64,000 nucleotides of DNA, taken from assembly GCF_036971445.1 (NCBI RefSeq), contig NC_091478.1:4898001-4962000 (forward strand), in the 5' to 3' direction. This stretch comes from Narcine bancroftii (Eukaryota). Under the pieces are notes generated by a model that was not told the DNA's origin, did no database searches, and saw only the letters and a list, made by a program, of their open reading frames with translations. Below, piece by piece: positions 38,087 to 50,079 of the stretch; position 1 is the first letter of the stretch, and each line of letters begins with the position of its first letter. The translations under genes and the position numbers were made by a program.

Positions 38087-39800
38087 AGGGAAAAGAACGA
38101 ACAGGAAGGATGAATAATCCAAGACATTGTATTTTACAAGTTTATGGGAAAACTGAGGATACAGTTACCTGCATTTCTTTTGCTTTTGGACTTCTCATTG
38201 TCCAGTCTGTTCTTGATTTATAAACAATGACCAAGTTTGTTTTTGTAAATTTTTACTTTGATGGTTACAGCACCACCTCCAGCCGTCCAATTACACCCCA
38301 TTTATCTACAAGCCCCACACATTTTCTGAGGGAGGGAGAAAACCAGAGCACCCGGAGGAAAGTCACGCAGGTGACCGAGAGAAAGTACAGGCTCCTTAGA
38401 GATAGGGCTAGATTTGAACTGGGTCGCTGGCGCTGTAATAGTGTTGTAAATTTAAAAACAAAGAGAATGAATGAGTTATCATTTCTGATGGGCAGCAGAA
38501 TAAGGACAGAAAGGAACCAATTCATTGTATACTTTTCACAAAATAACTCATGCACAGCAGGCAAATGGCATCTTTGGATGATAGACAACCTGCCACTAAA
38601 ATTACATTTTACCATGTGATCAAGCTTAAAATGACCAGATGCATCACATTCATTTTCCTCAAAATAAACTTTGTGAGAGGACAAGCACAGTTTCACCAAC
38701 AAGAATAAGACGAGTTTGCCTGCCATGACTTATTTTACAATTCTGCCTCTCGGAGGTTAGACTGAGAACTTTAAAAATGACCACAGACTTTGTTTCTGTG
38801 GTACACACTGTCCTCTGCTGGCTCTAGACGAGAATTGCAGGCTTACGTCTCTACCATCAGTCAAATATTGAAATATCAAAACCAATCTAAAATGCATACC
38901 ATTATTTACAGCTATTCTATTATAAAAAGCATACCATTTTAGAGCTAATTGGGTTAGACAAGCCCTGTAATGCAAGAAGTATGACAAGAGTTTCCTTTCA
39001 ATCCATAAATAATTTAGAATTGTTAAAATAACATTGCAAAGGTTATTTCTTATGTTTAATACTGAAGTCACAAATATAAAAGGGGATAAATGCAAATTAG
39101 AAATTCAATTCGAAAAATGGAATAGAATTGAAAACATTTTAAAATAAAGTTATTTAACACCTTATAGCTTAATATTGATGATGAACAGAGAAAAGGTTTC
39201 TGTCTTGATTATTGTAAAATAGTTATGCAATAAAAATAATCAAAACCCAATACTACTCAAGGTTGACAACTAACTAAAGCAGAATAAATACAGACTAACA
39301 AATATTGAACTTTTTCAGAATTTTCTTGTGGAATTAATTCAACTGGTTCCCTCAAAAAAAGTAATGATTTCACTTTTCTTTAAGGAAAGACTTCACTTTC
39401 AGAGATAACCATCGTAATACAAAATGATGCACTGTTTTTCTGGATAGTTTGTTTATTCTCAACACATTTCATTTGAAAAGAAGTGAACAAATCTGGATTT
39501 GGATTTGGACTTGCCACTTTAAAGTCAAATGCTCAATGGAATTTAAAGAAAAACAATGTTAATGATCATGAGTTTACTGTGCATATTTAAAAAAAATCTT
39601 TCTGCCCATCTATTCCCGCCCCCCCCCCCATTCTGGCCTGTTTTACCCCACACTCCCGTTTCCCTTCTTTAGTTTACTGTGCACATGCATCAAAATTCTT
39701 ACTTGCTGCGGCTGAGCAGGTACTTCATTTTTAAAAAACCCAACCGCAATAGTATGCATTAAGTTATCAAGTCAAGTTTATTGTCACCTCATTATACAAG

Positions 39801-40998
39801 TCTTCTTCTTTGGCTTGGCTTCGCGGACGAAGATTTATGGAGGGGGTAAAAAGTCCACGTCAGCTGCAGGCTCGTTTGTGGCTGACCAGTCCGATGCGGG
39901 ACAGGCAGACACGATTGCAGCGGTTGCAAGGGAAAATTGGTTGGTTGGGGTTGGGTGTTGGGTTTTTCCTCCTTTGCCTTTTGTCAGTGAGGTGGGCTCT
40001 GCGGTCTTCTTCAAAGGAGGCTGCTGCCCGCCAAACTGTGAGGCGCCAAGATGCACGGTTTGAGGCGTTATCAGCCCACTGGCGGTGGTCAATGTGGCAG
40101 GCACCAAGAGATTTCTTTAGGCAGTCCTTGTACCTTTTCTTTGGTGCACCTCTGTCACGGTGGCCAGTGGAGAGCTCGCCATATAATACGATCTTGGGAA
40201 GGCGATGGTCCTCCATTCTGGAGACGTGACCCATCCAGCGCAGCTGGATCTTCAGCAGCGTGGACTCGATGCTGTCGACCTCTGCCATCTCGAGTACCTC
40301 GACGTTAGGGGTGTGAGCGCTCCAATGGATGTTGAGGATGGAGCGGAGACAACGCTGGTGGAAGCGTTCTAGGAGCCGTAGGTGGTGCCGGTAGAGGACC
40401 CATGATTCGGAGCCGAACAGGAGTGTGGGTATGACAACGGCTCTGTATACGCTTATCTTTGTGAGGTTTTTCAGTTGGTTGTTTTTCCAGACTCTTTTGT
40501 GTAGTCTTCCAAAGGCGCTATTTGCCTTGGCGAGTCTGTTGTCTATCTCATTGTCGATCCTTGCATCTGATGAAATGGTGCAGCCGAGATAGGTAAACTG
40601 GTTGACCGTTTTGAGTTTTGTGTGCCCGATGGAGATGTGGGGGGGCTGGTAGTCATGGTGGGGAGCTGGCTGATGGAGGACCTCAGTTTTCTTCAGGCTG
40701 ACTTCCAGGCCAAACATTTTGGCAGTTTCCGCAAAGCAGGACGTCAAGCGCTGAAGAGCTGGCTCTGAATGGGCAACTAAAGCTGCATCATCTGCAAAGA
40801 GTAGTTCACGGACAAGTTTCTCTTGTGTCTTGGTGTGAGCTTGCAGGCGCCTCAGATTGAAGAGACTGCCATCCGTGCGGTACCGGATGTAAACAGCGTC
40901 TTCATTGTTGGGGTCTTTCATGGCTTGGTTCAGCATCATGCTGAAGAAGATTGAAAAGAGGGTTGGTGCGAGAACACAGCCTTGCTTCACGCCATTGT
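39801..40998 (-). mobile_element. Young 5'-truncated RTE LINE, copy 2, inserted in a Rex1/Babar-like tail (39768-41335)
   Basis: Protein identical to copy 1 from NGVKQGC onward; (GAA)n-like tail; no clear TSD. Confidence 0.96.
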
Positions 40999-41349
40999 AC
41001 AACGCAACAAAATAGCATTCTCTGGTCCTCGATGCAAAACATGCAGTCACATAACCAGACATAACACACATAGACATATGCAGGACAAGTATCTTATCGA
41101 TACAAATAAACATATTGTTTTGTACAAATGAGAGTTGGATGGTCAGTGTGAGCAGTTCCTTTGGTCGTTCACCATTCTCACTGCCCGTGGGAAGAAGCTG
41201 TTTCTCAGCCTGGCGGTATTGGCTCTGATACTCTTGTATCTCTTCCCTGATGGAAGCAACTGATAGATGCTGTCTGCAGGGTGGAAGGAGTTCTCAATGA
41301 TTTTGTGTGCCCTCTTCAGACAATGAACATCATTTTGATGATGGTGAGG

Positions 41350-41995
41350 TAGTCTCTAGATTGACCTCAATAAATAGAAAAGGTAGGTAATAAACATTAA
41401 TGATGAGTACAGTGCAAGAAAGAAAACAGGTGTTAAAGCAGTGCAAATTGTGTTTGTAGTGTCAAGAGCAGTCCCTGATTTGTGTAACAGGGAGGTTCCA
41501 CAGTCTGATAGCCATTGGAAAAAATACAGTTCTTGAACTTAGAGGAACTGATCTTCAGGCTTCTGAACCCTCCACCTGAAGGTAGCAGCAAGAAGATATG
41601 ACCAGGTTGACTGGGGTCCTTTATGGATGGAGCTACCTTGGGATACTTTTGCGTTAATGGTCAAGGAGGAGGTGGTGATGTTGATTGGAGTTTGCTGATG
41701 AGGATGTTAAGTATCCAGATTTGGGGTGGGAGGGTAAAACAAATAAACAGCATCCCAGATCTCAGTTTGGTCACTAGGTTTGCTGGTACGATGGTGTTGA
41801 ATGCTAATCCGTAATCAATGAACAAGAGTCTGAAGTAGGTCTTCTTATGGTCCAGGTGATCTGATGCTGAGTGGAGGATCGGCAAAATGTCATGTTTGAC
41901 AAAATGTTGACCTTCTGTGAAAATAGGAGAATTAAAGTGGGATCCAGTTCCTTCCAAATATAGCTAATCTCTCAAAGCACTTCAATACAGTGAAA
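41350..41995 (-). mobile_element. Rex1/Babar-like RT fragment
   Basis: RLLFIDYGLAFNTIVPANLVTKL..WILNIL. Confidence 0.7.
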
Positions 41996-42049
41996 GCGAG
42001 ATTGGAGGTTTGTGACTAGTGGTGTGCCTCAGGGATCAGTACTGAGACC

Positions 42050-44409
42050 CAAGGCCGGCTTTAAGCCAATTGGACCAATACTCGCAATTGGGCCCCACGC
42101 CAAGGTAATATTTACTCTTGTGAAATACATACAACACATTTCAACCTACACCTAAACCCACATTGCAGGTTTTATAGACAACAGTAACAAATTTAATATT
42201 CTTCTGAAATCTTAAAGTCAGTAGTGTTTGTTTACACTGTTTATAGTTTAAATTTTTACAGAAGTCCAAAATAATGACCTCCAAAATACTGGATCACCCA
42301 AGATAATGAACTTTTTAAAACTCAGTTGAAATGGAGATTTAGTACCACTGATGCTCAAGTTTTGAACGTGCATGGCTAATGACGACCGATGTCAAGGAAC
42401 ATTGTGGCAGCATTTTTAGCTGTGATTCACGCTGTGAACAAGCTATGCACAGACTTAATAATGGAAATTTCCTTGGTGTTATTGAGAGGCTAGGAACGTT
42501 TGATCCAGTAATCTGTGAAAAATCTAGAATGAGGAAATACATGATCATTAATTAGGAAAAAAAAATCTAGAATGAGCTTAAATGAGTGAAGCTGTTCTAC
42601 AGAAAATCATTTTGTGAATGCAGGCTGCTAAGAATTTTGCAATAATTCTTGACTGCATTCCTGACACCAGTCATCAAGAGGAAATGTCAATGGCAATTAG
42701 ATATGAACTTGAACTTTAAGGCTGGATGTTGGAAATATCCGTGGACAAGGGTATGATAAAGGTGCCAATATAAAGAGACACACCTCAGGGGTGCAGGCAC
42801 GACTTCTAATGAAGAATTCAAGAGCTTTCTGTGCACTCTGTGCACGTCACTACAACCTAGTTTTGAGAGGCATGGCCAAAACATGTCTTTGGAACTCTGC
42901 AGTGTATTTACACCCTTTTTGCATCATCTACTAAAAGTTGGACTATTTTTAGAAAACACGTGTCAGGTCTGAATGTAAAACCTCTCTCTGATACACGTTG
43001 GGAATGTAGAATGGGAAGTGTTAAAGCTGTACAGGACCAAGATGCAGAAGTTTATGATGGGACTGGAAGAGTTAGCAGAAAGCACTGATGATGCTAAAGC
43101 AAAGAGCGAAGCTGAAGCATTTGTTGGTCAAATGAGAGATTACAAGTTTCTGGTCTCGGTAGTTTGCTGGCACTTCTTACTCTCTCAAGTGAATTTTGTA
43201 AGTAATAAACTTTAGAGTAAATACCACGGACGTTGCCTCAAGGATTTCTTCATTCCAAAAGCATTGTAACTGGTTAAAGACATTCAGGGAAAAAGGTTTT
43301 AATGAAGCCTTGATTGATGCCAGTGAATTGGCCTAAGATGTAGATGCAAAAAAAGAAAATTATTTGATTAAGAATCTGCAGATGAACCTTCGTCAGATCC
43401 AAAACCAGCCTTCAGAGTGAACTGTTTTGACCAAGTGGTAGATAAAGCACCTGCAACACTTGAGCCACAGCTTGAACAACCGAAAAAGCATCCAAATTAA
43501 TTGGGGTTTTTGTGCAATTTTCAGGACCTGTCCAAGGATACCATAAGAAAATGTGCAGCAGATCTGGAAGTGGCATTGACAGAGGTCAAGGTGACCTGGG
43601 GAAAAGAACAAGTTAAAAACACAAAACTGGCTGATCTAGATGGTTACGTGCTTTGCGAGAAAATGAAGGCACTAAAAACAACTCTGCCACCAGAGATTCA
43701 AAACCCCAGGAAAATATTTGAATTCCTTGTTTGCAACAACAGGCCGACTGAATTTCCAAATTTATTTATTGATCTTAGGAATTTTTTGGACCATTATTTG
43801 GGCAGTGGCATCAGGAGAAAGGAGTTTTTCCCAAGCTGAAATTGATCACAACTTACTTGAGATCATTATTTCAGCAAGAATGTTGGAACAGTTTGGCAAT
43901 TATGTCCATTGAATCTGAAATTAGCAGGAGTTTAAACTTAGACAAAATCCTAAAAGACTTTGCAGAGAAAAAAGCAAGAAAGGTAAATTTTTCATAAAAA
44001 GCAAAAATAATAACTTTACTTATAATTTATTAATGTTCAGTGTTTAATCTCTAAAAGATCATTTGTCCCTTAGCAATGCTGTTCACTTACATTTTGAATT
44101 TTTTTTATTAAAAAAAAATATTTTTACTAAATTTTAGTCACTAAAACTTGCTTTTGTAACTACTTACTTTTCAAAGGTAATCCACACATTTTGTTTGTTT
44201 ACTTGTAGGTTACAAGGATACAATTTGATATTAAAATGTGCTTAGATCCATTTGGTCCATAAACTCACTTGTAAGTGCACATTTTGATTGCTTTCCATTC
44301 TACCATGATAAACTTTATATCTCTAAGATTCTACAGACCTTGGCTGAGAAACTGGGGCCCCACAAAAATTGTTTCCAATTGGGCCCCGTTGCTGCTAAGG
44401 CCGGCCCTG
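42050..44409 (+). mobile_element. hAT (Tip100/ZMYM1-like) DNA transposon with pseudogenised transposase, inserted in a CR1 fragment (about 41995-44745)
   Basis: TIRs CAAGGCCGGCTTTA / TAAGGCCGGCCCTG; 8-bp TSD ctgagacc/ctgggacc; motifs FAIILDCIPDTSH.E, KPLSDTRWECR, AVASGERSFS and LAIMSIE, with frameshifts. Confidence 0.92.
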
Positions 44410-45063
44410 CTGGGACCATTGTTGTTTGTCATCTGTATCAATGATCTGGATGATAATGTGGTAAATTGGATCAAGTTTGGAGATGAGACTAAGATTTGAA
44501 GTGTTGTGAACAACAAGAAAGGTTTTCAAAGCTTGCAGACGGGTCTGAACCAGCTGGTTGAAAAATGGCAGATAGAATTTATTGCAGGCAAGTGCAAGGT
44601 GTTGCATTTTGGAAGGGACATACACAGTAAATGGTAGGGAGTGGGGTAGAACTGTGGGATCTGAGAATACAGATACATAATTCCCTGAAAGTGGCATCAC
44701 ATGTAGATAGGGTTGTTAAGAAAGCTTTTGGCATTTTGGGCCCATTGAATCAATTCCAATTATTTTTCAAGGAATCTAATCAGGCCCATTCCCTTTCTAT
44801 TTCCCTGTAATTGCCCTCAGAAGTCTATTCTTTTTTGACATCAGTCTTTTTTTTCTATCTCCCGGAGAAACAATGAATTATCTACGTTTCTCAAGTCTAT
44901 ATTAATAAACCTTTTTATCGCATAAATAATTTTAATTCTAATGAAGCAAAAATTATTTTTCCTAATGAATAATGATTTATTCCAGACATCATGATCAATT
45001 TTTCTCACACTGCTTCACCAATACCTTGAGGATCATGCCAACACATCAAGGCCTGCTTTTTGT

Positions 45064-46218
45064 GCATCCAGCGGTATTGAAAATATTTATTCCAGGACAA
45101 CAAAACAGACTATTCTCGGATCCAGAAGAAGCACGAAAATTTGCAGAACAATTACAAAAATAGACTGAGGGAGGAAGACGGGTAATGAGAGTTAAAATGA
45201 TCACGATTGATATGTATGTGGGTAAAGACAAAAATAGACTGAGGGATGAAGACGGGTAATGAGAGTAAAAATTATCACGATTGATATGTATGCGGGTAAA
45301 GAGGTATAAGAGTGAATAGAGACAATGTGCATACGTGAAAGTATCTGTACTTAGAGGAAAATATAGATAGTATAGACAAGAATTAATAAGGGAAGGTAAT
45401 GGAATAGAGAGAATAAGGAGGGAATTAAAAGAGTGACCTTTGTGACATATGAGAAGTGAAATCTTTTCTGGGGGGGGCGGGGTGGGGGGAAATAGCGGTC
45501 ACTGCAAAATCAGTTGACGCTTGCGAGTAGATTCGCAAATCCAAATGGAGAGGGGAGATGTGGTTGTCCGACAAGGGATAAAGGACAACTCAGGAGGGGA
45601 AGGGGAGATTGGGGATAAATAAAATAGAAATAGGAGAATAAGGAAAATGTTGGATGTTGTAGGTATGTTGTCTTATAAAGAGTTGAAAATAAGAAAACAG
45701 AAATGGAAAAGGAGGAAAGGTAATGATGGAAAAACGGAAAGAGAAGATAAACAAAATATAAAAGGGCTACGCTGAACTATATGACTTTAAATATTAATGG
45801 AATACATAACCAAATTAAAAGGAAGAAACTACTAAATTTAAATGAATAAATGTATTCCATTAGAAAAAATAACATATAGGTTAAGAAATAATATTGAAAT
45901 ATTCAAACAAGTATAGGAACCTTACATTAAATACAATAGCGAAAACCTACCGGGGACAAACATTACCTAAGTTGATGGAAGGAGAAGGAAAGAAAAGAAT
46001 GGTCTCAGTAGAATTTCTGGTGTATTTTTGTTGAATGACAACATTGTCTGACTGGCTTAATGCAACCTAGATTGTATACCTAAAATGGATGAGAGGGGGG
46101 GGGTGGCTTGGGAGGAGGGGGGGGGGGGAGAAAAAGTCACTGTATGTGTGAAAAAGAAATAGTGTATATCATGGCTAATGTGATTTATGGTGTGAAAAAT
46201 AAAAAAATTTTAAAAAAA
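45064..46218 (+). mobile_element. 5'-truncated L1-clade element with almost all of ORF2 deleted
   Basis: ORF1 end HPAVLKIFIPGQQNRLFSDPEEARKFAEQLQK*, spacer, ORF2 start TLNINGIHNQIKRKKLL joined to ORF2 end CIPLEKITYRLRNNIEIF; G-rich 3' UTR, AATAAA and A-tail; 13-bp TSD gcctgctttttgt. Confidence 0.85.
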
Positions 46219-46544
46219 GCCTGCTTTTTGTCCTCTCCATGAATGCTGCCTGATTTAGTCTCTCTCCAGGTTTTCAATAGTGGCTAAAGCTTCTAGCAAA
46301 ACTCAACTGAACTTTGGTATGAATTTGTTTGGAATGAGTCAAAGAACCCTCACCCCATCCATTGCGTGGCGATTATACAGGAAAGTAGCCACTAAATTGT
46401 GTATTAATATTACTGTCTACTAAAGAGGGGCATTTTGTAGTGATTATTTGTTTTGCTGATTTAACTTTTTAACCAGATTGACATCAATGAACTGGACCAC
46501 CCACAAATTTCCTGTGTATCCCATAATAATTCTGTGGCTGTCCT

Positions 46545-47550
46545 GCAAGGCAGAACAGTATTTTGAATAGTAATTGCTGTCAAGAGTTTGAATAGTTTGC
46601 AAATGTATCTGATAATAAGAGGCATTGGAAAAGTTTTCATAGATTAAAATAATTTACTTAGAATACAGAATTGTTAAATAAAAGATGGTTAGCTGCAATG
46701 GGACTGGCAAGAGAGGAACTACGGATTCCAAGCTAAATTTATCAAATTTTAAACGAAAGCAGGAAATTGCATATATTGATACGTGTCACCTGCTCATATT
46801 CAATGGTTACATGAGGTAATGTCTGTTGCAAGTTTAGAGAAAAAAGATACAATATTAAAGATGTAAAAGTGAATTTTTACAAGACGTGGGGCCCATTCAT
46901 GGACTATTACCATAATTTAACAAATAAGGGTGTTTTGATGCTCCCAAATAGTGCTATCTGGTTTCCAAATGTCATCTTTCGTTTCCTAAGTATTTTAGAT
47001 ATACAAGTAAACCTTGATTAAAGGGAGGAGTTTAATCAATAGGGAGTCTTTTTTCTCCTTTTTCTTTTAATTTTTTCCTTGAGATATTTTGTAAATGGGT
47101 TTGATTGAAATGGAAAGACCCTAAACCAGGTTTCAATGGTTTTCCAAAATTTGAGCATGTTTAAATTTAGAAAAAAATTAGAAGTGGTACTGTTTACCCT
47201 TTGGTTAAATTTGAAGAAACACGGAGACCATTTATTTAACATTTTCATATGATGTGAGTTGATCCCTTCCAAATTCTTTTCAACATTTGTTTTTTGTGAG
47301 AGGAGGGAATTAACCACAAAATAATTGTTTAACCACTGAAACATGGTCACCCAGCTTTTGTTTCTTTTTTGTTTTATTTCTTAGTTAAGGGGATATTTTT
47401 GTAATAAAATTTGATTCCTTTTCATGTTTGGCCTGCATATGTTGCTCGATGTCTGTGTTTGTATGTTAACAAGTGTTATTTCAATCCCAACCTCCACATC
47501 ATTCTTATGTTTATCAATCTGAAATTAATAAAAAGATTGAAGAAAGAAAA
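46545..47550 (+). mobile_element. Two nested L1-clade ORF2 3' ends
   Basis: QWLHEVMSVASLEK...FYKTWGPF and SCLNLEKIRS...FEET.RPF; ends aataaaaagattgaagaaagaaaa. Confidence 0.65.
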
Positions 47551-47787
47551 ATGCTAATTTTAGATGTGCTTCTAAGTCGGGACATAGAGACATACTGACC
47601 CAGAGAGGATCTACCTCACTGGTGATTCACAGAGATCATCACCAAAGCTAGCCGCAATGCAAGTTATTACCTTCTATACTTGATTATCTAAGCTTGCAAG
47701 GACACAAACACCTTTGACAATGTTGATGTACCTGCAACTTGTGAGCTGCCCCTTTAATTTCTCTTCATCAACATCTTGATGTTATGT

Positions 47788-48982
47788 CAGGGTGGCCAAA
47801 CGATAGCTCACAAATCACATGTGGCTCTTGGACATGTAATGTGAAGCTCATGATGTTATTAGCTGCAGGAGATACCAGTGCTCAGAACACTACGAATCCC
47901 TGCAGTCAAACCGGGGTGGGGGTGTCCCGGGCCAGTCACAGCCCAGGCTCCATGACAAGTAGAGGGAAGAGTGAGTGGGCACTGGAGAAAAGGCTCTGCA
48001 AAGTGGAGTGAACAGCACACACTTGTTCTCCTTCTTGGGCTGACCACACCAGACCACAACATGAGGTGTGCAGTAGGAGGGAAGAGGAGTATCCTCTGCA
48101 GGGAGCAGCTGCATTGGTCAGGAAGCCAGGGCAGGGTCCGAGGAGGTATTGCCTACCCCAGAGGTGGGGTGTCTGTCCAGGCACTTTAGCAAAGGGGAAA
48201 CAAAATGACAGAGACAGGGAGGAGAGGCTGGAGGAATCCTCAATAAAGACCTCATCCAGGCACCAAGCCTGCACAGAGCAGGAGCTGGCAGCTGCAGTGA
48301 AGGTCCTGTCCCCATCAGATGGAAAATCGACACCAGGCAGTGCAGAGGTTAAGACTGTTCTAGACCCTAGTCTCTGCCCCCAGCAGCCCCTCCCCCAGCT
48401 GTCAACTGGGAAGAGGGGAAGCAGACCTGTGGTATTCTGGCCTCACCCTGTCATAGGAGGCAGCTTTGCATCGGATCCATCGCCACTCAACTGTGATTGC
48501 TTCAATGGTGCAACTATCTGCAGAGACAAGTGACAGCAGTGTTCGTGAAGATAGTATATTAGAAACGGGAGCACAAATTGTCCATCTGCCCCATCTTCAG
48601 TGAGATCACAGTTGATCTGTCTGTGGACCAAGCTCCACCTTTCTCCCGTAACTTTAATTTCCTTACAAAGTAAAAATCTATCTTAAATATATTTAATGAG
48701 AAGGCCTTTACTGCTTCCATAGGTAAGAAAATCAGTCAGAATTTTGAAAATATTTGGTATGTATACTTTTTGAAAATTGGAAACCAATACAAATTAGTCT
48801 AAAAACTACATACATGAATAATTATTTAGAACATGTATTTCTTAATATTTATAACATTTTTGCATTGACATATGCATTTAAGAGAAAAAATGTGTATGCA
48901 ATTTTTTTTCATGTCTTGTGGCTTTCAACATCTGAAGTTTATTGTATGTGGCTCTTAAGTTAGGCAAGTTTGGCCACGCCTG
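47788..48982. mobile_element. Non-autonomous hAT-Charlie-like element
   Basis: TIRs CAGGGTGGCCAAAC / GTTTGGCCACGCCTG; TGTGGCTC subterminal repeats at both ends; flanks tgttatgt/catcacgt differ only by transitions. Confidence 0.7.
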
Positions 48983-49677
48983 CATCACGTCATACAGAGA
49001 ATCCCACATTATTCACATTTGGGTTACAAAATTTGCTCTTATAGAATTCACAAATAACTATTTAAACCTTTGAGATATAGAATAAAATTCAGAGTGCATT
49101 TGTGAAAAAAGTAATTAAATAATGTTTCTCATTTTGTTTCTAGATGCATGCACAGATGACACATTCATATGTAAATTGGCAAAAAAATGGCTTCCCCCCC
49201 CCCCCCCCCCAGGAATTCAAACCATCTCCTACCCCCTGTAAAACAGGGGGACACCTTCAAAATTATTTAATTAGAAATTCTTGGGATCAAAATTATAATA
49301 CTGTATATCAAACTATAAAAAGGAGTCACTTTGCTTCATTCTGAAGATGAGACTCGAGATGTGAACAATAAATCAATCAGTAAAATATTTTAACAAATTT
49401 TAGCTTCCTTACCATGTTTTTTTTTAAAAAGAGAAATTTGTGATGGTAGCCATTTAAGATTCATGTTAATTTATAATAATTTATATTCAACAGTTATTAA
49501 TATGCATGTTAGAACAATGCAATATGATCCACCTAATTATATAAGCCATAAAGGATGGATTATGAGGTACCTGAAATATATTTTTAGCAAAAAATATGCT
49601 AATTAGCTCAGAGCTAATAAGAAAGTGAATTATTTTTTATAAATCACAAACAGTCTGGCCACATGCAACAACAATGT

Positions 49678-49683
49678 TTTATT
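49678..49683 (-). promoter_or_regulatory. GLRX3: Probable GLRX3 polyadenylation signal AATAAA
   Basis: tttatt on the + strand about 200 nt past the stop, followed by a U/GU-rich region on the minus strand. Confidence 0.65.
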
Positions 49684-49886
49684 GCAATTAAAGTGTAACA
49701 ATTGATCAATGTTCCCTCCCCTTTGCCTGTAATTCCCTTCATGCTGCAAAGTTATACATGAAATATAACTGAAGCATTAAAAACCAAAGATGATTTACAT
49801 CCACCATTTCGTTACCTGGCTTTAGACTAATGAATAATAATTTTTAAAGATACAAGTTCATAACAGTTGTTCTTGTTCATAAAATC

Positions 49887-49943
49887 CTAACTGGCTGTTT
49901 CCTCTTTTAATATTGAAAGAAGCTCTCCATTATTTTTCAATTC
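49887..49943 (-). CDS. GLRX3: GLRX3 terminal coding exon (ELKNNGELLSILKEETAS*)
   Basis: Polypyrimidine tract ending ttttacag, then an in-frame peptide resembling the human C-terminus ELKENGELLPILRGEN, and a TAG stop. Confidence 0.93.
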   Translation of the reverse strand, partial: ELKNNGELLSILKEETAS

Positions 49944-50079
49944 CTGTAAAAGAAAAAGTTGTGAAAAATGTTAGAGTGCAAACAAAAAATTTACTAGTAG
50001 TCAAATGGGGATTTTAGGTTTTGAGTTCCACTCTCCCAATTATTCATCGTCTGCATGCTGCCTTTCTTTATATTCATAT

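Noticed and set aside
40999-41113. Novel N-terminus of the 417-aa RT ORF
   Set aside because: Chance read-through from the host LINE tail.
47784-48631. GC-rich ORF cluster as a host exon (e.g. TCERG1L)
   Set aside because: It lies between the TIRs of a Charlie-like element, and I see no WW/FF domain or other recognisable motif.
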